A DNA stretch of 64,000 bases, from the IMG/VR virus record IMGVR_UViG_3300001798_000001. The stretch is one strand, 5' to 3'. Position 1 is the first letter of the stretch, and every line of letters starts with the position of its first letter. A program made the position numbers and the translations under genes. Source of the DNA: a virus. The notes under the pieces are model-generated. The model did no database searches, was not told the origin of the DNA, and saw nothing but the letters and a program-made list of their open reading frames with translations. Shown here one piece after another: positions 16,791 through 27,600 of this stretch.

Positions 16791-17672
16791 ATGGCAACCG
16801 GAAATCTATGGGTACTTACAGTGGGTGGTGGAGGGGCAGGAAGTGACGGCAACACTAGCTCGCAAGCAGGCGGTGGTGGCGGTGGTGGTGCTGTTGTCGA
16901 AGATACTACTGTAGAAATCACCGCGGCATCATACTCGGTCACTGTCGCTGCCGGTGGCACTACCGGCAACCCCGGAGGTGACGGAGGTACATCGTCATTC
17001 GGTGCGCTTCAAAGTGCGGGCGGCGGTGGTGGTGGTGCCACTGCTGCAAACGGACGCAACGGTGCGGGCGGCGGCGGAGGAGCCGGTTCTGCTTCAGGAT
17101 CCGCCTATACAGGAGGAACGGGAACGCTTACTGGTGAGGGAGGAAATACCCATACATCACGAAATCCTGCTGCGGGCGGCGGCGGAGGTGGTTCATCAGG
17201 AACGAACGGTTCAAACGCGAACGACTGTAACTTCTGTCAAGGTGGTGGAAATGGAGGTAGTGGTACGGCTTCCTCAATCACTGGTTCTTCCGTTACATAC
17301 GGCGGCGGTGGCGGTGGCGGCGGAACAACCTCGTACAACAACACTGGTGGCAATGGCGGCTCTGGCGGCGGCGGACACGGCGGCGACGGTTCTAACCAAG
17401 GTTCAAACCCCGGAGCCGCAGGTACCGCAAATACTGGCGGCGGAGGTGGCGGCGGTTCATCGGGCGGCAGTTACACCGCAGGAAAAGCAGGAGGTACCGG
17501 TGTTGTTATCGTCGCGTACAAGACTGACGGTTCCGACGGTATCAGCACCGCGTCGACTGGTGGGTCTCAATCTAGTTCTGGTTTGTATACCATTCACACC
17601 TTCACTACTAGTGGCACATTCACACCTGCATACGCGAGTGGTTTTGTCCCTAAAGTGATGGTGATAATGTAA
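16791..17672 (+). CDS. Glycine-rich virion/receptor-binding protein
   Basis: Multiple GGGGG runs; VGGGGAG N-terminus; GGTGVVIVAY and YTIHTFTTSGTF are typical of phage Gly-rich domains. Confidence 0.75.
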   Translation: MATGNLWVLTVGGGGAGSDGNTSSQAGGGGGGGAVVEDTTVEITAASYSVTVAAGGTTGNPGGDGGTSSFGALQSAGGGGGGATAANGRNGAGGGGGAGSASGSAYTGGTGTLTGEGGNTHTSRNPAAGGGGGGSSGTNGSNANDCNFCQGGGNGGSGTASSITGSSVTYGGGGGGGGTTSYNNTGGNGGSGGGGHGGDGSNQGSNPGAAGTANTGGGGGGGSSGGSYTAGKAGGTGVVIVAYKTDGSDGISTASTGGSQSSSGLYTIHTFTTSGTFTPAYASGFVPKVMVIM

Positions 17673-17676
17673 ATGT

Positions 17677-18849
17677 ATGGCTTTCATCTACACACGAGCG
17701 AATCTGAAGACAAGAATGAACGCGGGTATTCAGGGCCGTGTGGGTATGTTGATTTCTTCAGAGGATACGATGAACGAAGCGGTGCGCGACGTTCTCAAAG
17801 ATCACGACCTGCGTTCAAATAAAAGGCGCGCGAATCTTTCACCAAATCTCTTCAATGGTATTTTTGACTACGCCTGCCCGTCTGACCTTAAGGCTGATGC
17901 CATTATTGATCTTCCCGGACAAGCGAAACGCGCTGACGGAGAACTTGAATTTATTCCTGCCCGCGAGTTTGAAATTCGTCGTCCGCAGAGTGCGATTGCA
18001 GTCGACGACTATAACGGTACGCGTGTTCTGAAAGTAAATTCAATAGTTGACAGCAATTCAATCACTGTGGCAGAACTTGATTCGCTCACGTCAGGTTCTC
18101 TGAATGGGACTGCGTGGACGGCATTCGGTGATGTTGATTCGATTGCGGTTGACGATGCCGATTTTATAAAGGGCGCCGGGAGTTTGAAATGGAACATTAC
18201 GGCGGCGGGCGGTACAACGGCGGGTCTGCAAAATGCCGACATAAACCCCATCGATATTACCGATTATCTTGATGGTACGAGCGCGTTCTTTTTGTGGCAC
18301 AAAATAAATTCAGCGACCGACATCACTAATTATATTCTTCGGTTTGGTACCGATGATTCGAATTACTATTCAAAAACAATCACCACACAGGCTGACGGTA
18401 CGGCGTTTGCCGCGGGATGGAATCTTCTAAAGTTTGATCTTTCTTCCTACTCGACAACCGGGACACCAACGAATACGAATATCAAATACTTCGTGCCGTA
18501 CATGACGAAGGCGACCGGAAAGATTTCAGAATCAGACTATAAATTCGACTGGCTCGTTCTAAAAAAGGGAGTAGTAACATACGTTAAATACTACTCAAAA
18601 TACGGATGGCAATCTTCTGCAGGTGCGTATAAAGAGAATTCAACGGATGATTCTGACCTCCTTGTCGCCGATACTGATGAATTTAATCTTTTTGTGAGCC
18701 GCGCGCGCGCTGTTGCCAAAAAAGAACTTGCCATTTCGCAACAGGACATTGACAGTGCGGAGGCGGCATACCAGCGCGACCTTGCACAGTACAGGCTGAA
18801 GCATCCAAGCGAGGCGCTGATTTTGACTAGCGAATCGTATGCCTTCTGA
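17677..18849 (+). CDS. Head-tail adaptor (tail tubular A-like) with an inserted beta domain
   Basis: N-terminal MNEAVRDV...YACPSDLK adaptor-like pattern; lies before the nozzle-like gene. Confidence 0.55.
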   Translation: MAFIYTRANLKTRMNAGIQGRVGMLISSEDTMNEAVRDVLKDHDLRSNKRRANLSPNLFNGIFDYACPSDLKADAIIDLPGQAKRADGELEFIPAREFEIRRPQSAIAVDDYNGTRVLKVNSIVDSNSITVAELDSLTSGSLNGTAWTAFGDVDSIAVDDADFIKGAGSLKWNITAAGGTTAGLQNADINPIDITDYLDGTSAFFLWHKINSATDITNYILRFGTDDSNYYSKTITTQADGTAFAAGWNLLKFDLSSYSTTGTPTNTNIKYFVPYMTKATGKISESDYKFDWLVLKKGVVTYVKYYSKYGWQSSAGAYKENSTDDSDLLVADTDEFNLFVSRARAVAKKELAISQQDIDSAEAAYQRDLAQYRLKHPSEALILTSESYAF

Positions 18850-18854
18850 AATAT

Positions 18855-20930
18855 ATGAAAGACGTATTCATCGATCTCGAAAACTTCAAGAAGCAGGGAT
18901 TTTACGCACTTGAAGATACCACGAAGGCTCCCTTCGGTTCTTTGCGTATTATGCGTAACGCGCAGGTCACTGATCGTGGGGGTCTTTCACCGCGAGAAGG
19001 GACTGAACTTCTTGGTACCTATAATGAAACCGCGGCTCCGATTCGCGGTATGTATACGTTTAAAAAATCGTTCGGGTCAGATGAGCTTCTTTTAAAATAC
19101 TACGATGACGAGTTGGAATTTCTTTCGAAAAATTATCTTTCGACTGGTTGGAATCGACTGAAGAATGCTTTTCAGGCTCATGCGGCCGCAACGCCGACCG
19201 AAATGGGTTTTGTCACATCGCTTGTTAACAATGACAATGAGGATTATACGATTTTCTGTAATCGGTATCAGAACTATATGCGGTGGCCGGGAGCAACCGC
19301 AGTTCTTGATGGCGCTCTCGCGGGAGGAGAAACGACCGTTACCGTCGACGATACATTACACCCCGACGTATATGAGAGCAAAACAGCAACTACAAGTACC
19401 GCCACGGTTTTAACTGTTGCCTCTGCGACGTGGGCCACTGATCAGTGGATAGGATTCTACGTTCATATTCTTGCGGGAGCAGAGACAGGGAAGGTTCGAC
19501 TCATTACTGACAGCGATGGAACTACTATTACCTTCGATACTCTCGGCGCGGATCCCGGTGATGTCGCTTTTGAAATTCGGAAATTAAAATTCCCTGCGTC
19601 GGGTACATTGGTAATCAATGGCTCTACCACAGCATATTCTGCGGTTCCTACATCGACAACGTTAACCGTGACTTCTGCCCCCGCCGCAGCAGATGGTGCT
19701 GTAGTGACTGTCGTCCCAACAGAATACTCCGGCAATCCTCGTGGTGATCGTCTTACCAATTATCTTGCGCGTATCGTTGTCGGGAATGTTCGATCTGCGC
19801 TTACCCGTGACTCCGGAGGAGCACTCCGCGGATATTCTGCTGCGGGAAGCTATTTCGTTTCGAAGCTAAACAATCCCGTAGACTTTACGTTTTCTGCGAC
19901 ACGCGTTGCCGGTGAAGGTGACATTATATCGACGCCCTACGGTGGTGGCGATATCACCGACGTGCAGCACCAAGAAGATGCAGCATATGTTTTTAAGGGT
20001 GCATATATCGAATCGGTTAAATATACACAGGATGCGAACGATCTCGCTGCTCGTGAACCTTTAAAGGCAGGAATCGGCAGTGTTGGTAAGACAGTGAAGG
20101 GAGCAGATGATATCTATTTCATTACGCCGGACAAAATGGTCACATCGATCGGTCGTGTGCGACTGAAAGATATCAAACCTTCGACGTTAGACATTGGCAC
20201 AAAAATAAAACGATTCCTTTCGAATTGCGTCGTTGACGATATCGGTCGCGGGAAAGAAATCGGAGGGAAGGTGTATTTCCCAGTGAAATCTTCGACAGAG
20301 CAGGCGTACAACGACGTTCTTCTTATCTGGAATAAAGACAATAATTCATGGGAAGGAATCTGGGATATCGGCGCATACGCACTTGAAGAGTTCAATGGAG
20401 ATTTTGTATACGGAGAATCGAACGGCCCGAACGTCTACAAACTTTTCAAAGCGCACGCAGATGTTGTTGGGACGACACGTCATGCGATATATTCGCAGGT
20501 GGCGACTCATTTCGCGAACCTTTCGGCATCAAAAGCAGACACACAAGCAATGTCGGCGCTTTTCGTTGAGGGGTATATTCGCGGCGGTACAGAAATCAAC
20601 TTCAACGCATGGCGCGATATGGCCGAAGATCCATTCCTCGCATTTACCTTTGCGACCGACGAGACCGGCCTTCTGGACGGTGAGGAGTCGCAAGCCTACC
20701 TCGGCGGCGCGCCCCTTGCCATTGACCCTCTTGCGGCGACATTTTCTGACCCTGACGCTGACGGCCGCAGGCACTTTTCGTTCCGGGTGTATTTCCCGTA
20801 TCAATATGGGAATTATTTTTCGGTCGGGCATTGGTCAAACGGGGCCGATTTTGACTATGAAATCACCCGGTACGGCCTTGGCATGAAGGAAGATCCGGCT
20901 GTGAATACTAACCGCATTAAAAGTATTTAA
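18855..20930 (+). CDS. Tail tubular B / nozzle-like (P22 gp10-like) protein
   Basis: 691 aa, beta-rich; NAQVTDRGGLSPREG N-terminal pattern; podovirus gene order. Confidence 0.65.
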   Translation: MKDVFIDLENFKKQGFYALEDTTKAPFGSLRIMRNAQVTDRGGLSPREGTELLGTYNETAAPIRGMYTFKKSFGSDELLLKYYDDELEFLSKNYLSTGWNRLKNAFQAHAAATPTEMGFVTSLVNNDNEDYTIFCNRYQNYMRWPGATAVLDGALAGGETTVTVDDTLHPDVYESKTATTSTATVLTVASATWATDQWIGFYVHILAGAETGKVRLITDSDGTTITFDTLGADPGDVAFEIRKLKFPASGTLVINGSTTAYSAVPTSTTLTVTSAPAAADGAVVTVVPTEYSGNPRGDRLTNYLARIVVGNVRSALTRDSGGALRGYSAAGSYFVSKLNNPVDFTFSATRVAGEGDIISTPYGGGDITDVQHQEDAAYVFKGAYIESVKYTQDANDLAAREPLKAGIGSVGKTVKGADDIYFITPDKMVTSIGRVRLKDIKPSTLDIGTKIKRFLSNCVVDDIGRGKEIGGKVYFPVKSSTEQAYNDVLLIWNKDNNSWEGIWDIGAYALEEFNGDFVYGESNGPNVYKLFKAHADVVGTTRHAIYSQVATHFANLSASKADTQAMSALFVEGYIRGGTEINFNAWRDMAEDPFLAFTFATDETGLLDGEESQAYLGGAPLAIDPLAATFSDPDADGRRHFSFRVYFPYQYGNYFSVGHWSNGADFDYEITRYGLGMKEDPAVNTNRIKSI

Positions 20931-20953
20931 CGTGTCATACTAATAGAAGTACT

Positions 20954-22957
20954 ATGGCAACCATTCGACCAACAACTGTTCCATCAAAACGACTCTCCGA
21001 GTCTATTACCGCTGCTTCATCTTCGTTCAAGGTGAACAATATCGAGGGGTGGGATGGGGTAGATTTGACCTCTGCGAGCTTTGGGACTGTCGCGTATGCG
21101 GTTTTCCGTAATTCTGCAGGTACACAGCTAGAAATTATAGAAATTGATCCGACGACGGTAACGTCTGCCTCTGCAGCGATTACTATGAGTCGTCGTGGTC
21201 TGAAATTTGATGGCGACCTCACCACTGAAGTGTCAGCCAATAAACTTGCGTGGGTTAAAGGAGATACGATTGTTGAATTCGGAACACACGTCCCGCAACT
21301 TTTGCGCCACGCAGTTACTGTTGTTGAAGACCAGACAGTCGCCGGAGTGAAAACATTTTCTTCCGTTCCCAAAACAACCGGTGGTGATGCCACCACTTCG
21401 ACAGAACTTGTCCGTAAGGCACAGCTTGATGCTGCGGTTCTTGGAAGCGCGACATTGACTCCCGTTATCGTTCCGGGAAATGGCGGAGAAACTTTGGCGA
21501 TAGATCAGCTTGTGTATCAAAAAGCAAGCGATCAAGAATGGTATAAGTGTGACGCTGACACTGCAGCTACGGTCGATAACGTTACGCTCGGAATTACTCG
21601 CGGCGCAGGTAGCGATGGTGTTGCAATTACGAGCGGCGTGCATGTTCTTGGACGCCATACCGCATCTTCTGCAGTCTTCACACAAGGCAAGGTGTTTGCA
21701 TCAAATACCGCAGGAGGTTTTTCAGCTTCTGCAGGAACTGTCGAGGTTTCCCTCGGATTGGCGGTGAGTACGACTGTTATTGATTTCTTCCCACGCTACG
21801 ATCAGGTTCTTACCGAGAATCAGCAGGATTTAATTACTGCCATCGAAGGGGGTACTGACTTTTACGCGGCTTCGGCAGTCGGAACTGATTCATACGCGAT
21901 AACGATTGCTCCGCCAATCACTGCATACGTTACTGGTATGCGATTCAGATTCAAAGCAGACGTCGCTAATACTGGTGCTGCGACCCTTGCGGTTTCTGGT
22001 CTTTCTGCTCTTGCAATCAAAAAGAAAAATGACCAAGACGTTGCGACTGGTGATATTGAAGCGGGTCAAATAGTCGAGGTGGTTTATGACGGAACCGATT
22101 TCCAAATGCAGAGTCAGGTCGCAACAAGTGCAGGTGTTGATATACAGGAATTTACTGCGGACGGCACATGGACGAAGCCCGCAGGCGCAAAAACAGTCGA
22201 CGTTTATCTCTTTGGTGCGGGAGGCGGCGGTGGTTCAGGAAACTCTGCAGACAACAACGGAAACGGCGGTGGCGGCGGTGGTGGTGGTGGATTCGTATAT
22301 AAACGATTTCGTGCTGACGCACTTAGTGCTACAGAGGCAGTCGTTGTCGGTGTAGGTGGTACCGGCGGTGCGTCTGTGTCAAGCGGTACTAACCCCGGTT
22401 TGAATGGTACAGCAGGTGAAGCAAGCTCATTCGGTACAAACCTGCTCGTAGCTAACGGCGGTAGCTTAGGTGTTGGTGGCGCATCGGGTGATCCAGGCGA
22501 TGCGGGAGCAGGGGGTACACAAACACTCGGTGAAGCGACTGCAGCGGGCGGAGCCGGTGGAGCCGGTGGAGGAGCGGGTAGCGGTGGCTCTGCTGCTTCA
22601 GACCTGACTACCGGTGTTCCATCTCCTCGCGGTGGTGGCGGTGGTGGCGGTTGTAACGGTGCAAACACGTCTGGTGGCGCGGGTGGCGGGTTCTCCGGTA
22701 GTTATGTGAAGGCGGGCGGTGCAGCGGCTACTGCGGGTGCTGCAACCGACAGCGACCTTCTCATCGGTGGCGTAGGCGGTGGTGGCGGCGGCGGTAAATT
22801 TTCAGCAGGCACCGCAGATTCAGGCGGTGCAGGCGGCTTCCCCGGCGGTGGCGGTGGCGGTGGCGGATCGAAAGATACGACACCAGACGCAGGCGCATCT
22901 GGCGCAGGTGGAAACGGCGCAGACGGACTCGTGGTAGTCATCTCATACTTGACGTAA
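20954..22957 (+). CDS. Tail fibre with a C-terminal glycine-rich domain
   Basis: VAGVKTFSS fibre motif, GMRFRFKADVANTGAATL domain, FTADGTWTKPAGAKTVDVYLFGAGGGGG Gly-rich C-terminus. Confidence 0.8.
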   Translation: MATIRPTTVPSKRLSESITAASSSFKVNNIEGWDGVDLTSASFGTVAYAVFRNSAGTQLEIIEIDPTTVTSASAAITMSRRGLKFDGDLTTEVSANKLAWVKGDTIVEFGTHVPQLLRHAVTVVEDQTVAGVKTFSSVPKTTGGDATTSTELVRKAQLDAAVLGSATLTPVIVPGNGGETLAIDQLVYQKASDQEWYKCDADTAATVDNVTLGITRGAGSDGVAITSGVHVLGRHTASSAVFTQGKVFASNTAGGFSASAGTVEVSLGLAVSTTVIDFFPRYDQVLTENQQDLITAIEGGTDFYAASAVGTDSYAITIAPPITAYVTGMRFRFKADVANTGAATLAVSGLSALAIKKKNDQDVATGDIEAGQIVEVVYDGTDFQMQSQVATSAGVDIQEFTADGTWTKPAGAKTVDVYLFGAGGGGGSGNSADNNGNGGGGGGGGGFVYKRFRADALSATEAVVVGVGGTGGASVSSGTNPGLNGTAGEASSFGTNLLVANGGSLGVGGASGDPGDAGAGGTQTLGEATAAGGAGGAGGGAGSGGSAASDLTTGVPSPRGGGGGGGCNGANTSGGAGGGFSGSYVKAGGAAATAGAATDSDLLIGGVGGGGGGGKFSAGTADSGGAGGFPGGGGGGGGSKDTTPDAGASGAGGNGADGLVVVISYLT

Positions 22958-22963
22958 AAATCT

Positions 22964-24667
22964 ATGGCCGAACAACCATTCAATGAAAAGGGATACACGG
23001 TGGATGGCCCCGGAGGTACGGCACTTGGCGCGTACAATACGCCACCTTCATCAGCCCCGGTTGTAGCCGCCCCCATTTCTTCAACCCCGGTTACTTCAGG
23101 CGTAACACAGCCCTATACGTCAGCATTTACTGATCCTAATCTTGGTGAACAAAATAATACTGGTCTCACTGCAAAATCAGTATCGTACGCGGGTACATCG
23201 CCCGGAATAAATTTACAGGATGCTACCTATGAACAGGTGACGGGTGTTTTTGGGCCGTCAGGAATCGACTACTATGGCATTCAGCGAAAAGCAAACGGAC
23301 GGTTCGTAATCACTGACGCGAACCTGAAGGCGCTTTCTGAAAATGTAAACAAGAATGCGATTGCGTCTTCGTCTGACAGTGTGGTTGCGGGGGAACAATC
23401 TGTTACGAACGCGGTGCAGGGTTTGAACGCACCAACGACCGGTGAGACTGATGCACAAACTGCATCGGCAAAATACATTTCATTACTTGACGAGCAGATG
23501 GCGTCGCTCGAAGCGCGTCGAAAATCTGAAACTGATGCAATCAATGCGGGATTCGACGTTGCCAAAACACGACTTGAAGGTCAGCAAAAAGATGAGACCG
23601 GATCGACCGCGGCGACACTCGCGCGCATCGGTGGCTATCTTGGCCCGTCAGCGTCGGCGACTGGCGCCCTTTTGAAACTGGCGCAGGAGCATAAATATCA
23701 GATGCTCGACCTTGAAGCAAAAAGGTCATCGGCAATAAACGAAGCAAATAATGCGATAACGGACAAGCAGTTTACACTCGCACGCGCAAAACTGCAGGAG
23801 GTAAAAGACATCGAAGCTGAAGTCTATAATCGCAAGCAGGACTTTTTCAATAACACTATCAAAGTGCAGCAGGAGGCGCGTCAACAGGACGAAGCTGTGC
23901 GCACTCAAATTAAGGACGACCTTGAAAAATTGTCGCTCCTTGAACCGTCGCAGGTGCCGTCTGATAAGAAGGCTGAAATCGATCAGTTCTACGGCGTTGC
24001 AGGATTCACAGATAAGTATCTTTCGGTTGCCTCTTCTGCAGCAAAAGCAAAATCGCAAAAGGACGTCCTTGAAACACAGCAAAAAATGCTTGACCTCCTT
24101 CAGGATATCCCTCAAGGACAGGAGGTTCGTTTTCCCGATGGCACAAGTTATACCGGTATCGGAAAGGTATCGGACATCACTACATATCTTCAGACTGATG
24201 CCGATGGTATCTCACACCTCGTCACATACAATAAGGGCAATAAGAACGTTTCTGTGCAGTCACTTGGCGCAATCGGTAAGCCGTCAGGGGGTAGTGGAGG
24301 AAGTGCGGCGGGTGGCGTCTCTGGTGTCGACCCAACGACCGTAGACAATGTGGTTTCGACGTTCCAGATCACCATGGAGCAGAATAAGGATGCGACGAGC
24401 CGCTACTATGACCCAGATATCTATATCGGAGTACGCGAAGAATTGAAGAAGTCGTATCCGCAGCTTTTACGCTACACCGACAATCTTTTCTTGAATGAAT
24501 CGAATGGATTCTTTTCTAAGGAAGGTATTTCACGATTAAGACAAAAGGGTATCTTTTACGATGCGAGCGCTACTGCTGCAACCTTCGGACAGCCGGTGCA
24601 GGTTGTCGAGAGCGGCAGTGAAACACAGTCTGAACAGAATGTCTCCGGAGAAGATGATAAACCCTAA
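22964..24667 (+). CDS. Internal virion / DNA-ejection protein (coiled coil)
   Basis: 567 aa, Q/A/E-rich helical; follows the tail genes. Confidence 0.6.
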   Translation: MAEQPFNEKGYTVDGPGGTALGAYNTPPSSAPVVAAPISSTPVTSGVTQPYTSAFTDPNLGEQNNTGLTAKSVSYAGTSPGINLQDATYEQVTGVFGPSGIDYYGIQRKANGRFVITDANLKALSENVNKNAIASSSDSVVAGEQSVTNAVQGLNAPTTGETDAQTASAKYISLLDEQMASLEARRKSETDAINAGFDVAKTRLEGQQKDETGSTAATLARIGGYLGPSASATGALLKLAQEHKYQMLDLEAKRSSAINEANNAITDKQFTLARAKLQEVKDIEAEVYNRKQDFFNNTIKVQQEARQQDEAVRTQIKDDLEKLSLLEPSQVPSDKKAEIDQFYGVAGFTDKYLSVASSAAKAKSQKDVLETQQKMLDLLQDIPQGQEVRFPDGTSYTGIGKVSDITTYLQTDADGISHLVTYNKGNKNVSVQSLGAIGKPSGGSGGSAAGGVSGVDPTTVDNVVSTFQITMEQNKDATSRYYDPDIYIGVREELKKSYPQLLRYTDNLFLNESNGFFSKEGISRLRQKGIFYDASATAATFGQPVQVVESGSETQSEQNVSGEDDKP

Positions 24668-24670
24668 CGT

Positions 24671-27600
24671 ATGGCAAAAAAAGATGTTGCAAAAGAAAAT
24701 AAGTTCGAAGGAATCTTTGCTGATGTAGCGCCAACGGCGCCCACATCTCCTTTTGCCGGTATCTTTAATGGTGTCGAGACTGGATCTCGTGTCGGAGCAT
24801 CGTTTGGTACTTTTCAGCCCACTAACTTCAAAAAAATACAAGGTGCCGCCGCGTCTGCAGAAGAGGCAAGCGCACAGGCAGAAAAAGACGCATCGTTCGG
24901 GACTCTCGCGCGTCGCACAATAACCGGCGCGCCCGCAGCGGTTTTTAGCGTTGCAAAACAGGTTGCGGAGGATCCAAAGCAGGCGGCATATCAAGCTGCG
25001 CTTGGTCTAGCGAACGGCATCACTCTCGGCGCGACAGACTACCTGCAGCGTAGGGCATTCATCGATGAATCAAAGAAAAACGGCATGGATGAGCTTGAGG
25101 CTGAACAGATGGCAGAGCGCATCCTCATGCCAGATGATCCTGAATTAGCAGGAATCCGCAGCGGGTTTGATCTTGCGGGAATGGCGGTTCCTTTCATTGG
25201 TACTGAAAAACTTTTTATTGCCGGAGCAAAATATGCAGCACCCGCATGGACTGCGAAGTATGGACGAGCAGCTAAAACTCTCGTCGATATTGGTGCATGG
25301 AATACCGTCGGTCAGATTCAGGAGTCGTTTACTCCGGCGGAGAAACGTGATCGTCTTGGTCGCATTCTTACTGACACATCACTCGCGATCGGCATGAACC
25401 TTGGAGGTATGGCATTCAATCGAATCCGCGGTACCACATTCAAAAACCCGTTTGTCGTAGCCCCCGTCTCACCCGGAGCGACTGGTCAGCGTGGAGCGCC
25501 AGAGGTCAGTAAAATGCTCGATAGTTCTGAATCATTTGATGTGCAGGGTTCAATAAAGAGTGGCAGTATTCCCAGAGAGACGGTGTATCTCGACGGAAAC
25601 ACTGTGCGTCCTGACTTTGCGCGTGGACGCATCGACGATATGGCACAGAAACTTGATCTCTATCATAAGGGCCTTGGAGAAGTATTCCGTTCTCGCGTGA
25701 AACCTGATGGCGTGACCATGAATGGAAACGTACCCGAAACACTCCTTGCGGAGGCAAAAAAAGTGTTGACCGAAGCTCAAGCCGCGGCGTCAGGAGAGGC
25801 AACCTCTCTTCCTCCCAAACTCGCGCAGGCACTTTTTAAATCTCCTAATCCCGAGGCAACAGTTGCTGTGACCGCACGGCTTGGTAAGGTTGTCGCCGAG
25901 GGCGCAAGGGGTGAGGGTGAAAAAATCACTGTCGCCACGAACAACCTTGATTCGCTCCGCAACTACATCAAGGGTTCGGGTGAAATTGATTACAAGATCG
26001 TCAAAACACTTGGCGCAGATGCACGCGGCAACTCTATTCAGGCCCGTCACGAATTCAATCCGAAGACTGGCGTCCACACGATCTATGCAACAAATGAGAC
26101 TACCGCAAATCAACTGGCCCACGAACTCGGCCACTTCTTCGACACATCTCTAACTAAAACCTCTGCCGGTCTCTCTCGTCTTCTTCCGGCGTTCGAGAGA
26201 AATCCGGAGGCGGTGCAGGATTTGCTTGGCTCATTCTCTGTGGCTCGTCTCGGTGGTCAGGCAAGTAGTAAACAGGTGTCGGCCGATATCAAAGCAGTTG
26301 TAAATAATTTGATGAAAGAAACCGAGGCGCTTTCAACGGCGCGTCGAGGGGCTGCTGCATCGTCGCCGTCAGAACGCTTTGCTGATGCCGTTGGAGAGAT
26401 ATTGTCTGGGACGGCAAAGAAGGAGCAGGCGCCTACGTTGGCAGCACTCCTTGAACACTCGAAGAGATTTGATGATATGAAGCTCTTCGGGAAAGAAGTA
26501 GCGGAACAGAGTGTAAAAGCTGAAAAGGAAGTATCCGCATTGAAAGCGGCTGAAAGTATTGATGAAACTGGTGCGCGTCCGGGTGATTGGAAACTTTCTC
26601 GTGCAGAATACATAAAGAAGTATCCTAATGTTTTGAAGAAGAAACCTGAAGAGATGACGTGGATTGAACAAGAAAAAATCTATGTTCAGGGTAAGCTTGC
26701 ACAATCGAAAGAATTTTCTGAAGCTAAAACGGCGTATGAAGCAACTGAATTCGGTACGCAAGAGGCACGAATCGCGGGACGTAAAGTTCAGGAAATCGAT
26801 AAGGCGGCAGACCTTGAAATAACCAATCTCGTTGCTGATCTTAAAAAATCACCAGAGGTGGCAAAAAGAGCGTCTGAACAATTAGCTGAATATCGTGGAA
26901 AGGTTTCTGCGCCGCGTGCGGTTAAAGGTGAAAAAATCAAAGAACTTCCCCGCACACAAACCGGTAAAAAACCAGAAACTGAACCATTCAAGTCAGAACT
27001 CATCACCACCGACGACGACCTTGAGATATTTATCAATAAGACCATTCTCCCGAAGGTGACTGGCAAGGAACGCATTGGTAAATCGAATGAGGACATCATT
27101 AAGGGCGCTTTCGAATCAAATCTCACAGAGGCGAGCTTCGACAAATTCCTCACGCAACGGTTTGGCAATCTTTCGGAAGACGTGCTGAAAATGAAGCGTC
27201 TTATGAGCGACAAAGCAGTCAGCCTTTCTGACACACTCATCGGCAAGGACTTGGCAGAACTCTCTGGCGCGGAACTGAAGGATGCGATGACGCAGTACAA
27301 TCAACTCGTCGAAATGTTCGAAGTCTTCGCGGGCGTGCGTACTGAACTTTCCAACTCTTTCCGTACACTTGGTATCGCGGTCAACGCCGGTGAAAACGAC
27401 GTGTTGATGAATGCGTTGCAGACCATTCAGAAGGCGATTGGTGCAGAAAAGGATCCATTCAAGATCATGCAGAAGGCTGCGGAGACGCGCTCGATGTCAA
27501 TCGTCGAGAAGTACTTCACCGTTTGGTACCCCGCACTCCTCTCTGGTTGGAAAACACAGGTACGCAACATTACTGGTAACGCCTCTAACCTCGCACTACA

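Noticed and set aside
22204-23076. Pro-rich minus-strand ORFs (and the alternate-frame ORF 16954..17658)
   Set aside because: They are shadows of GGN/GCN codon runs in the Gly-rich virion genes.
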